Positions 38,772 through 47,789 of a stretch of 64,000 nt of DNA are shown here, one piece after another. The stretch is from Anaerolineales bacterium (lineage in GTDB: Bacteria > Chloroflexota > Anaerolineae > Anaerolineales > Villigracilaceae): NCBI GenBank assembly GCA_046328855.1, contig JAXLVU010000005.1, positions 89,490 to 153,489 on the forward strand. Reading direction: 5' to 3'. Position 1 is the first letter of the stretch, and every line of letters begins with the position of its first letter. Below the pieces are notes generated by a model. That model searched no databases, had not been told where the DNA came from, and saw nothing but the letters and a program-made list of their open reading frames with translations. Both the position numbers and the translations under genes were made by a program.

Positions 38772-40401
38772 CGTCTTCGCGGATGATATTGGACCAAGCC
38801 TGGCTTAACAAGTCTGCAGTGACGACTTGATCTCCTTTAACGAGTTGACCTTTATAAGGGGCGTCTCCAGCAACAACTCGCCAGCCGCTCATTACAAATG
38901 GAATGGGTCCATCTGCTGTGACCCATTCGCCATTGAATTTACGGGCAAAATGAAGGTGGGTTCCAGTTGAAACACCGCCTTCGCAAGAAGCGTGACCAAT
39001 CCGGTCATTGAGTTCAAGATAGGTGCCAGCAGGGACGCGGTCTTTTGTCGCAAGATGTAGATATAAAAGATCCCAACCGGTTTGTTCATAGCCATCTCCA
39101 TCGAGATCGACCATCACAACCCCATTTTCTGAGCGAATGACCAACCCTGGAGCCGCTGCGACAACCCAGGCATCATTTGGAACACAACCCGATTTTGCCG
39201 CAGCAGGAGCAAAATCAATCGCGGAATAGATGCTGTGCGATTGTCCATAAATGTTTGGGTTGATTTGCCCCCAACCATTGTGTGGACCGCCCGTAAAACT
39301 CCACTTTGCGCCTGGTTCAAACGGTAAGACAAGCGGTGGTTGATTTAAGCCCGGGGGAAAAATAGGACCGACTAAATCTGCCCGTGCCCAAGGGTCGCCA
39401 AACATTTCATTGTACAAGGCTGGAAAACCAGAATCTGGATTGATGATCTGCGACCACTGAGATTCGCTATGAAGTTTGGAAAACAGATATTGAATAGCAA
39501 CAGTCCCAGCATTCAAGCGTGGATCAAGGCGAAGTTTGGTTCCATCGGGGAATTCGATGTGGGTGATGGTGCCAGCCCGCCAGCCATAATACGCAATGGA
39601 CATGTTGTTAATTGCCCAGGTCATTTGAACGCTCATGCCTTTGTAGCGATAGTCATTGAAGCCCATTGGAAAGTCTGTATGCAACAAGTCTATGGGTTGA
39701 CCACGTACCCAACGTGCCTCATATTCAAGCAAGCCAAGCAACAAACGCGGACTGACGGAGTTCTCGACGGAAAGCCGGTCAATGGCATCGTAGCCTTGAA
39801 CCCAGCCTACAGACCCTAAATAATCACGGAAAGAACTGAGGTATCCGTTTTGATCTTTAACAAATTTTTCTGTGTCGAAGCCAATGGATGTAGCGGAGAA
39901 AACAAATTCAGCATCTGGCAAAAGTTGAATGTTGGGGGTGGTGGGTTCATTGATGCGGTTTGGAATGACAAGCAGGGTGCCAGGGTCGATCAAGGTTGTT
40001 TTGGTGAGATCGGCATCTGAAATGATCTCCGATTCGCTTACTCCAAACCGTGCTGCAACGGCTGAGAGCATGTCTCCGCTTTGAGCATAGTACAGAAAGG
40101 GAGCCGCATCGTTAAGCGGAGCTGTAGTGACGGATGGTTCTACCGCTTGTGTTTGTTTTGTTACAGCTTCTTTTGTGACTTGCGGAGTTGGCGTTTGGGC
40201 ATTCTCCGTCTCAATGAAAGGTGGAATGGTTGAAGTTGGGAAAACGATCGGGTCACTCTGACCAGCAAACGGGTCTGTAAGAGGCGCTGTTTGAGAGGCG
40301 TTTGGGGTTGGGGTGGGAACAACTCCCCAAATGGAAGGTGAAGTTCCACAGGCAGAAATGGTCATCGATAGTGCGATGAGAACAGCAAGGATGCGTTGCA
40401 T
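38755..40401 (-). CDS. LysM + M23 (LasA-like) metallopeptidase lipoprotein, paralog 2
   Basis: Lipobox ISAC, Pro/Thr linker, LysM, GGPH...AIDF, CEGGVSTGTHLH. Confidence 0.85.
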   Translation of the reverse strand: MQRILAVLIALSMTISACGTSPSIWGVVPTPTPNASQTAPLTDPFAGQSDPIVFPTSTIPPFIETENAQTPTPQVTKEAVTKQTQAVEPSVTTAPLNDAAPFLYYAQSGDMLSAVAARFGVSESEIISDADLTKTTLIDPGTLLVIPNRINEPTTPNIQLLPDAEFVFSATSIGFDTEKFVKDQNGYLSSFRDYLGSVGWVQGYDAIDRLSVENSVSPRLLLGLLEYEARWVRGQPIDLLHTDFPMGFNDYRYKGMSVQMTWAINNMSIAYYGWRAGTITHIEFPDGTKLRLDPRLNAGTVAIQYLFSKLHSESQWSQIINPDSGFPALYNEMFGDPWARADLVGPIFPPGLNQPPLVLPFEPGAKWSFTGGPHNGWGQINPNIYGQSHSIYSAIDFAPAAAKSGCVPNDAWVVAAAPGLVIRSENGVVMVDLDGDGYEQTGWDLLYLHLATKDRVPAGTYLELNDRIGHASCEGGVSTGTHLHFARKFNGEWVTADGPIPFVMSGWRVVAGDAPYKGQLVKGDQVVTADLLSQAWSNIIREDDEEDN

Positions 40402-40442
40402 GGTTTGGATGATTATAACCAGTTATGTTAATGGGAAGTGAG

Positions 40443-42050
40443 TTAGCGGGAGATGAGGTTGGCGGGTTGTGCGGCATCTAACGCTTCGATGCTGACACCG
40501 TTGCGTGTGAGGAAGCCATCGTACTCATAGCCAGTGCCGCTGGATATCCAACCATCAAGATTCCATGGGTAGGGACCATCTGCGGCAATCCATTCGCCAT
40601 TGTATTTGCGGGTGATATGGACGTGAGTGGCGTTCGAAATGCCGCCCTCGCATGAGGGGTGCCCTACTTTTTCATTGCGGAAGAGGTATTCACCAGGGGT
40701 AACACGCCCAGCAGCTGCAACATGCATGTAAATAATGACCCAACCTGTTTGTTCGTATCCGTCATTATCAAGGTCTTGGTACACCGAACCTGTACCTGTG
40801 CGAGTGACGAGCCCATCTGCAATAGCAGTGACCCAACTGGTGCTGACGTTACAACCGCCACTGTTATCTGGCGGAGCGAAATCAAGCGCGCCCCAGGCAG
40901 AACCAGAGTCCCATGCGCCGTGTGGACCACCTGTGAAGTACCAGCTTTCGCCAGCAGCAAATGGTAGAGACATTTGTGGCTGTGTAAGCGTAGCAGGGAT
41001 TAATGGCTCAATGGCATAGTTGAACGGGTTTTCGAAAAGTACAACATATGTAACCACTACGCCGGTTTGGCTTGTGGCGTATTGCCAGGCATCGTAGCCA
41101 TAAAGTTGTGAGAAGAAATATTGTACGGCGGCTGTACCGGCATTTATGGTTGGGTCAATCGGAATGACTTGACCGTCGGTTAACACCCAGGTGGAGAGAC
41201 CATTGGCTTTCCATAGATAATAGCCGCGGTTGAGTGTATTTGCTGCCCAAACCACCTGACGATATAACCCTGCACGGGCTTCATCATAATACCCCATCGG
41301 GTAATCGATATTGGTTGGGGTTGGGTTGGTGACCCAGCCGCTTTGATATTCGAGCAAGGCAAGCAATATACGTGGGTTTACTGAATAGTTGTACGAAACG
41401 GCTTCAATGATATCGGCGCCATTTAGCAAAATCCCATTGACATCTTGAGTATAGTAGTTGAGATACCCGTTCTGGCTGGCAATGAAGTTTCTTAAATTAA
41501 ATTTGGCTGTTGCAGGTCCGTTGACCAGTTCGGAGTCTGGAATGATTTTTAAGGACTGTCCGCTTGAAACGCTGACTTGTGCCGCTGGAATATTTAAAGC
41601 CATGCCGACTTCAAGAGCGTTGGGATCGGTGATCCCATTGGCATCCATAAGAGTTTGCAGGCTAATGTTATAGCGTTGAGCAATGGCGCCTAAGGTATCG
41701 CCAGCTTGAACCACATACTGATCCGCATCTTGGCGTGGTGTCGGCAACACCCGAGCTGTATCTGGAGTAGGTGAACCCGAAATGATCTGGCTTTGCACCC
41801 CGATGAGAGAAGAAATATTCAAAGGCACGCGAGTGGGGGTTGGCGGGCGTGTGGAGGTTGCTGAGGGAATAACCGTTTCAGAAGACAGAGGCGTGGTCAC
41901 TGCCACGTTACTATTTGGCGGAAGAGTGGCTCCATTGGTAGAAACGAAAGGGTTATAGGTAGGGAAGGTTGCAGGTTCTTCTGTGGCAGGTGCGCAAGAG
42001 ACGATGAAACTGGCAAGTAAAAATATAGATACAGTTTTACGAAAAGACAT
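40443..42050 (-). CDS. LysM + M23 (LasA-like) metallopeptidase lipoprotein, paralog 1
   Basis: Lipobox IVSC, LysM (YVVQAGDTLGAIAQRY), H-x12-D, CEGGISNATHVH. Confidence 0.85.
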   Translation of the reverse strand: MSFRKTVSIFLLASFIVSCAPATEEPATFPTYNPFVSTNGATLPPNSNVAVTTPLSSETVIPSATSTRPPTPTRVPLNISSLIGVQSQIISGSPTPDTARVLPTPRQDADQYVVQAGDTLGAIAQRYNISLQTLMDANGITDPNALEVGMALNIPAAQVSVSSGQSLKIIPDSELVNGPATAKFNLRNFIASQNGYLNYYTQDVNGILLNGADIIEAVSYNYSVNPRILLALLEYQSGWVTNPTPTNIDYPMGYYDEARAGLYRQVVWAANTLNRGYYLWKANGLSTWVLTDGQVIPIDPTINAGTAAVQYFFSQLYGYDAWQYATSQTGVVVTYVVLFENPFNYAIEPLIPATLTQPQMSLPFAAGESWYFTGGPHGAWDSGSAWGALDFAPPDNSGGCNVSTSWVTAIADGLVTRTGTGSVYQDLDNDGYEQTGWVIIYMHVAAAGRVTPGEYLFRNEKVGHPSCEGGISNATHVHITRKYNGEWIAADGPYPWNLDGWISSGTGYEYDGFLTRNGVSIEALDAAQPANLISR

Positions 42051-42080
42051 AAATGTGATTTTACCAAATCGTGTAGGTAA

Positions 42081-42110
42081 AAAAAGAGGCGCAAACATTG
42101 CGCCTCTTTT
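42081..42110 (-). terminator. Intrinsic terminator ending the hydrogenase/CBS region
   Basis: AAAAGAGGCGCAA / TTGCGCCTCTTTT. Confidence 0.8.
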
Positions 42111-42127
42111 CAAGTTTGTTGAGAAAA

Positions 42128-42574
42128 CTACGATTGAAAACCAGAGCCCATGATGTAATTTTCAAGCCCGCGGATTTCACTTTCTTTGATGTCAATCGCT
42201 GCCAGCATCACATCGCGCATGGAAACCAAACCTACAAAATGCTCGCCTTCCACCACGGGTAAGTGGCGGATTTTGTATTGTTTCATCAGCCCCATGCATT
42301 GTTCAACAGTGGTGTCCATGGTTACATTGATCATCTTCGGTGTCATCACATCTTTGACCTTTGTATCCTTGGCAACCCGCCCCAACACTTCACCTTTATA
42401 GAGGTAATCACGTTCAGTATAAATACCAACGATTTTTCCGTTATTTGTTACTAACACAGCTCCAATGTGGGCTTCTGCCATTACCTTTAGAGCATCCAAC
42501 ACAGTTTGAGAGGCTTCAACAGAGTAGTTCGTTGCAAATTCTTTGGCTTCCAGAAGTTTTCGGACAGTGGTCAT
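42128..42574 (-). CDS. CBS-pair protein
   Basis: IGAVLV..IVGIYTERD; IRHLPV..GLVSMRD. Confidence 0.92.
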   Translation of the reverse strand: MTTVRKLLEAKEFATNYSVEASQTVLDALKVMAEAHIGAVLVTNNGKIVGIYTERDYLYKGEVLGRVAKDTKVKDVMTPKMINVTMDTTVEQCMGLMKQYKIRHLPVVEGEHFVGLVSMRDVMLAAIDIKESEIRGLENYIMGSGFQS

Positions 42575-42711
42575 GATTTTCGTCTCCTTATATAGTATCT
42601 TTTTTATCATAGGCAAAATAAAACGTCACACGGAAAAACTCCTCATCTCGCGTGACGTTTGTCATCTGATTTGATTTATACCCATCCGCAAGGACTGCTT
42701 TCGCTTCTTTC

Positions 42712-43218
42712 TTAATCTCCAGCCTGTTTCAGCGCTTCTCGGGTGTTCATCCACGCCCAAGCCAAATCCACAGCCTCGGGCACAAGAGCAGCCGTCGGCG
42801 CGGAAAGGAGGCGCGAGAACAGAAATTGATATCCGCGCACTGAGAGCAATGCTGCATCCGATTTACGATGATAGACCGTCTCGCAGATCGACATCAACGA
42901 CTGAGCGGTGAGGTGATGCGTGAAAGGTGATTTCTGAAAGTCACTTTCCACATCAATGATGCGTACTTCCTCTGGAATATTGCCCGTGTGCGCGTCCACA
43001 AAGCAGACGTATTCATATTGAGCAATATCTTCCGCCATTTCGGGCGTGAGTTGCAGATGAAAAGCGAAATCTACCTGTGAGTTTTCAGGGAAATCATCCT
43101 CGTATGAATCGGGTGCAGGCAGCCCCATTCGGACCGCCAACGCCCGCAGAATGTGCCAGGCAACACCATCATCTTCACGGTCGGGGTTTCCGTAGCCTAG
43201 TAATAAAATTTTTTTCAT
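42712..43218 (-). CDS. Hydrogenase maturation protease (HoxW-like)
   Basis: GYGNPDREDDGV, QLTPE, FVDA, THH; downstream of the large subunit. Confidence 0.88.
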   Translation of the reverse strand: MKKILLLGYGNPDREDDGVAWHILRALAVRMGLPAPDSYEDDFPENSQVDFAFHLQLTPEMAEDIAQYEYVCFVDAHTGNIPEEVRIIDVESDFQKSPFTHHLTAQSLMSICETVYHRKSDAALLSVRGYQFLFSRLLSAPTAALVPEAVDLAWAWMNTREALKQAGD

Positions 43219-43238
43219 TCAACCTCTAAAACCTTGAT

Positions 43239-43271
43239 AAACCTCCGAAGTCTCTAAGACCTCGGAGGTTT
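43239..43271. repeat. REP-like palindrome
   Basis: AAACCTCCGAAGTCT-cta-AGACCTCGGAGGTTT. Confidence 0.75.
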
Positions 43272-43275
43272 AGGA

Positions 43276-43722
43276 TTACTCGCCATATCCCGTTCCAAGG
43301 ATGTAATGCTCAAGTTTATTGATTGTCCCTTTGTCTTCAGCCAGTAAAGCTTCTGCCAGCCTGCGAATGGAAACGATGCCTACGACTTTTTCTTTTTCCA
43401 TAATGGGCAGGTGTCGCACATGGTGCTGGTACATCAGGTCGGCGCATTCGGTTAACAAGGTATCCGGCTTGACCATGACGAGGTTTGTGCTCATCAATTC
43501 CCGGACGGGAGTTTCATTGGCGTGCTTGCCCTTGAGTTCGCCTCGCCGGGCATAATCTCGTTCGGTGAAGATGCCAACGATCTTCTCGTCTTCTGTAACC
43601 AACACGGCTCCCACATTGCCTTCATCCATTACTTTCAATGCATCCAGTATGGTGGCAGTAATGGGCACTGTAAAGACTTCTGTGCGGGCTTTGCTTTCGA
43701 TGATCTTTCGTACAGTCGTCAT
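43276..43722 (-). CDS. CBS-pair protein, paralog of 42128-42574
   Basis: MTTVRK start, VGAVLV..IVGIFTERDY, VRHLPI. Confidence 0.92.
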   Translation of the reverse strand: MTTVRKIIESKARTEVFTVPITATILDALKVMDEGNVGAVLVTEDEKIVGIFTERDYARRGELKGKHANETPVRELMSTNLVMVKPDTLLTECADLMYQHHVRHLPIMEKEKVVGIVSIRRLAEALLAEDKGTINKLEHYILGTGYGE

Positions 43723-43775
43723 GGTTGAACTCCTTTGCTAATCAAAGTGAACGATGGACGACGAAACACTAAACC

Positions 43776-45203
43776 TTAATCGCGTTTCAGGGTCTTAATC
43801 ATTGTACCGTCTGGAGCAATAAAGTCAACTTGGATGGGCATCTGCCCGACGGCATGCGTGGAACAGGATAGGCACGGGTCATAGGCGCGGATGGCGGCTT
43901 CGACGCGGTTGAGCATCCCTTCGTGGATGTCTGGTCCCTTGACGTAGGTCTTGGCGACGCTGTCCACGGCGTTGGTCATTGCCCAGTTGTTATGACCTGT
44001 CGAAACGATCAGGTTCACCTTGAGCAACTTGCCGTTTTCGTCTGCGGTGTAATCGTGGATGAGCGTTCCGCGCGGAGCTTCCAACACGCCCACACCATGA
44101 CCGGTGTAATTCTTGCGGGTGTTGAGGATGTCTGTGCTGGTGATGTCTGTGTCTTCGCACAGCACACGCGCACGTTCTGCCGCGAACAAGGCTTCGATCA
44201 GACGGGCATAGTGATAGTACAGCGTGTTCTCGACCATCTTGCCGCCATTGAGGTTCTTGAAGAGTTTGAGTTCTTCATTCGCCAGCGGAGTATCAATTTT
44301 CTCGGCGAGGTTCAGGCGTCCCAGCGGACCGACGCGATAGACGCCGCCCGGATAGCCCAATTTTTTGTAATACGGGAATTTGAGATACGACCACGGCTCG
44401 ACGTGTTCCGCGATGTGATCCAAGTAATTGGCAACCGGGAATTTTTCCAACGGCTTGCCTTCATTGCTGATGAGGCGGATGTCGCCGTCGTACAGTTCGA
44501 GCCCGTTTTCAGGGGTGGTCAGACCGAAATAGCCGGTTGGGAAGACGGCGAACTTGTTGATGTCTTCCATGTTCTTCGCCGCCCAGTCTTTCATGATCTG
44601 AATGCCCAAGAGCAGGGTTTCTACAGCAGCATCGACACCACTGAGAATGTAATCACGTTCTTTAATGGTCAGTGCTTTGTTTACGCCACCGGGCACAGCA
44701 AAGACCGGGTGTAGTTTACGTCCGCCCAAAGTCTTGATAATTTCCTGACCGAATTTGCGCAACTGCACAGCCTTCACGGTCAACTCAGGGTTTGCACCGA
44801 TCAAGCCAACCACACTGCGGATTTCTGGCGAAGCGTCGAAGCCGAGCAACAGGTCAGGACCCGCCAACTCGAAGAAGTGCATGCCGTGGCTTTGAATGAC
44901 CTGTCCCATGTGCATCAATTCGCGCAACATACTTGCCGGGCGCGGAGGGGTTTGCCCCGTCAACGCGTCGCTCGCTTTTGCCGCCGCGAGGTGATGACTT
45001 ACCGGGCAGATGCCACAAATGCGCGGCGTGATCTGCGGCATTTCAAAATACAAACGCCCTTCGCAGAATTTTTCAAACCCGCGAAACTCGTTGACGTGCA
45101 TATAAGCATGGTCAACAGTATGATCGTCCTTCATGTGGATCGTCACCTTGGCATGACCTTCAATGCGAGTGACCGGTTCGATGGTTATTTTCTGTGTAGT
45201 CAT
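43776..45203 (-). CDS. hoxH: [NiFe]-hydrogenase large subunit, group 3 (HoxH/HydL)
   Basis: TRIEGH, L1 [11 protein letters not shown]2 DPCLSCSTH, cleavable C-terminal tail. Confidence 0.96.
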   Translation of the reverse strand: MTTQKITIEPVTRIEGHAKVTIHMKDDHTVDHAYMHVNEFRGFEKFCEGRLYFEMPQITPRICGICPVSHHLAAAKASDALTGQTPPRPASMLRELMHMGQVIQSHGMHFFELAGPDLLLGFDASPEIRSVVGLIGANPELTVKAVQLRKFGQEIIKTLGGRKLHPVFAVPGGVNKALTIKERDYILSGVDAAVETLLLGIQIMKDWAAKNMEDINKFAVFPTGYFGLTTPENGLELYDGDIRLISNEGKPLEKFPVANYLDHIAEHVEPWSYLKFPYYKKLGYPGGVYRVGPLGRLNLAEKIDTPLANEELKLFKNLNGGKMVENTLYYHYARLIEALFAAERARVLCEDTDITSTDILNTRKNYTGHGVGVLEAPRGTLIHDYTADENGKLLKVNLIVSTGHNNWAMTNAVDSVAKTYVKGPDIHEGMLNRVEAAIRAYDPCLSCSTHAVGQMPIQVDFIAPDGTMIKTLKRD

Positions 45204-45207
45204 AAGC

Positions 45208-45241
45208 TATTCCTCATTCATCATTCTGCATTCATCATTTC
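45208..45241. repeat. Heptamer tandem repeat in the hoxY-hoxH spacer
   Basis: TTCCTCA TTCATCA TTCTGCA TTCATCA. Confidence 0.75.
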
Positions 45242-45783
45242 TAATGCCAATGCAACAACTCATCTTTCAGTTCCGGCTTGCGCCCCTGTGCCAGTTCTGA
45301 AAGCACATAAAAGATCACATCTGCATCGGGCGGGCAGCCGGGCACGTTGTAATCGACGGGCACCACTTCATGCACAGCCCGCGCCTGAGTCATCGTTGCC
45401 AGTTCGGGGTCGTTGGGAATTTGGCTTCCCTCTTCGTTGCTTTCGGCTTCCACATAGGCACGGCGCAATGCTGCTTCCACACCGCAGAGGTTTCGCAGTG
45501 CTGGCACGCCGCCAAATACGGCACAGTCACCGAGCGCTACTAAAATTTTCGCGCGTTCGCGCATCTTGTGAGCCACTTCTTCGTTCGCGGAATTGTTCAC
45601 GCCGCCTTCGAGCACGCCCACGTCCACGCCGCTGGCATCGGGTTCTTTCAAGTCGGTAATGGGCGTAGAGCGCAAGTCTGCCAGTTCGGCGATCTTCAAA
45701 ATGCGCTCGTCCATATCGAGCAAAGACATGTGACAGCCTGCGCAGCCGCAGATCCAATCAGAAGCGATTTTTGGTTTATTCAT
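45241..45783 (-). CDS. hoxY: [NiFe]-hydrogenase small subunit (HoxY/HydS), single proximal cluster
   Basis: GCAGC, GDCAVFGGVP, PGCPP; 180 aa. Confidence 0.95.
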   Translation of the reverse strand: MNKPKIASDWICGCAGCHMSLLDMDERILKIAELADLRSTPITDLKEPDASGVDVGVLEGGVNNSANEEVAHKMRERAKILVALGDCAVFGGVPALRNLCGVEAALRRAYVEAESNEEGSQIPNDPELATMTQARAVHEVVPVDYNVPGCPPDADVIFYVLSELAQGRKPELKDELLHWH

Positions 45784-45790
45784 AAGTTCC

Positions 45791-47764
45791 TCAATTCAGC
45801 GACACGCTAGATTTGCGCTCACGGATGGACTTTGTCCAATCCGCATCCAAGGTCAATTTCATTCGTTTGGCAAGATCGGTCAACACATCCAAATTGTCGC
45901 GCACGTTTTCCGGCGCGTTGATCGCCTTTTCGGTTTTGTGAATGCGACCATCGAGATTAATGTAATGACCTTCCTGCTCCGCCCAAATGCTCACGGGCAA
46001 CACCACATCGGCTTGCTCGGTCAGTTTGGATTCATAACTTGCCTGCACCACCAAATAAGCCGCCTTGGATGTTTTCTCCACCAATTTCTTCGAGGCATAA
46101 TCATCGCCAACCGCAATGTAAGTCACTTTTTCTCCATTGGGATTGAATGGCTGCTCGAGTCCCATCAACGAGGCAGACTGGCTATTGGACTCACCTTTCA
46201 GCGAAAGGATGTTGCTGCGTTCGCCATCCACGGCTCCCACCTGGACTGCGAGCTGGTACAGCGCTTCGATCAGTTTTTCATCACGTTGAGCGGTGACGCC
46301 CTTACCAAAGACGATCATCGGCGAGATAGCATGCGCCAGCATCTGCGCGGCTTTGGTCAAGTCAGCTTCGGAGATGCCAGTTTCAGCGACAGCTTTTTTG
46401 ATGCGAGCATCGGCGTCCTTGATGTTCAGGGACTTGCGTTCGAGGTTTTCTTTTGCAATGACCGCTTGCAGCGCAAGGATCAGCGTCTGGTCGGAACCAG
46501 CTTTCGGCTTAAGCGCGACGCGGGCAATTTCATCCAGTGAAGTTTCATCCGGGTCGATGTTGATCAAGTTCACGCCAGCGTTCAAGTTGCGCTTGAATAA
46601 AAATCCCGCCACCATGTGGCTGCGGTTGACATTCGCGCCGACGCACAGAACCGTGTCCGCAGTTTTGAGCGCGTCGAGTTTGCCTTCAAAGTTTTCGTGC
46701 GTCTCAGCAAATTTTGCCACCGCCGCAGTCGGCACGCCTTCTTCGATGCTGGTGACAAGTTTGCTGTGAAGTTTTGTTTCAAACAGATCTTTGAACGCTG
46801 CCAATGTCTCTGCCGACAAACGAGTGGATGCTAACGCAGCGACACTTTCCTTCGCCATTTTTTCCTGCACAGCGCTCAAGGCTTCATCCCAGGAGACGGG
46901 TTCGAGTTTGCCATTCTTCTTCATCAGCGGAGAGGTGAGGCGCACGCGATTGTCATTGGTGGTGTGATAACGTCCATGCTCGCACATCGCACCGTGATTG
47001 ACGGCTCCATCCCAATCGCCTTCGATGCGGACGATGCGGTTATCGCGCACCATGATCTTGATCGAGCAACCAACCGAACAACCCACGCAGAAGGATTTGA
47101 TTTCCTGTAAATTTTTATCGTGCGACTGATACGCGCTGGTGCGGTCGATGAGTGCGCCGGTCGGGCAGACCTGCACGCAAGAACCGCATTTGATACAGGT
47201 GCTCTCACCGAGTGGAATATCGGTATCGGCGACGATCATGCTTTTCGCGCCGCGCTCCGCAACGGAGAGCGTGAAGTTGCCCGCCATCTCTGCACAAGCC
47301 CGCACACAGCGGCGGCAAAGGATACAGCGATTGTTGTCGAGCACAAAATACGGATGTGATGTATCGACCGGAAAATCATTCCAGCCCGGCTGAATGGGCC
47401 AGTGAGTCATCTCTTCGCGGTAAGCGGAGTTTTGCAATTCGCAATCTCCACCGCTGACCTGGCAGAACGGGCAGAAGTGGTTGCGTTCGCTGAACAGCAT
47501 CGAAAGCACGAACTGACGCGATTTCTTAAGCGCATCGGTTTCAGTTTCCACTACCATGCCATTGTTGACCGGCAAGGTACAGGATGCCATTGGCACGCGA
47601 ATGCCTTGCACTTCCACAATGCACAAGCGGCAGCCGCCGTACGGGGTTAGTTCCTTGTGGTCGCATAGACGTGGAATGTGAATGCCCGCCATCTCTGCCG
47701 CACGCAGAACCGTTGTTCCTTCGGGGACGTCAATTTGTTGTTTGTTGATCGTTATTTGAACCAT
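45791..47764 (-). CDS. Long HoxU/NuoG-like Fe-S subunit (HydA of NiFe-HydABCSL type)
   Basis: [2Fe-2S] (LC..GGCRLC..C), HFCPFC..C, two CxxCxxCxxxC, CVGCSVGC..C, then a molybdopterin-oxidoreductase-like fold; no H-cluster motifs. Confidence 0.88.
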   Translation of the reverse strand: MVQITINKQQIDVPEGTTVLRAAEMAGIHIPRLCDHKELTPYGGCRLCIVEVQGIRVPMASCTLPVNNGMVVETETDALKKSRQFVLSMLFSERNHFCPFCQVSGGDCELQNSAYREEMTHWPIQPGWNDFPVDTSHPYFVLDNNRCILCRRCVRACAEMAGNFTLSVAERGAKSMIVADTDIPLGESTCIKCGSCVQVCPTGALIDRTSAYQSHDKNLQEIKSFCVGCSVGCSIKIMVRDNRIVRIEGDWDGAVNHGAMCEHGRYHTTNDNRVRLTSPLMKKNGKLEPVSWDEALSAVQEKMAKESVAALASTRLSAETLAAFKDLFETKLHSKLVTSIEEGVPTAAVAKFAETHENFEGKLDALKTADTVLCVGANVNRSHMVAGFLFKRNLNAGVNLINIDPDETSLDEIARVALKPKAGSDQTLILALQAVIAKENLERKSLNIKDADARIKKAVAETGISEADLTKAAQMLAHAISPMIVFGKGVTAQRDEKLIEALYQLAVQVGAVDGERSNILSLKGESNSQSASLMGLEQPFNPNGEKVTYIAVGDDYASKKLVEKTSKAAYLVVQASYESKLTEQADVVLPVSIWAEQEGHYINLDGRIHKTEKAINAPENVRDNLDVLTDLAKRMKLTLDADWTKSIRERKSSVSLN

Positions 47765-47789
47765 GTAATCCTCTTTAAAATTAGGATGT

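Noticed and set aside
43776-45203. [NiFeSe] hydrogenase or recoding
   Set aside because: L2 motif is DPCLSC with ordinary Cys codons and no in-frame TGA
45791-47764. [FeFe]-hydrogenase HydA or formate dehydrogenase catalytic subunit
   Set aside because: No H-cluster motifs (TSCCP, MPC..K..E, MACPGGC) and no recognisable Mo-ligand Cys/Sec-His segment; it reads as an electron-transfer scaffold
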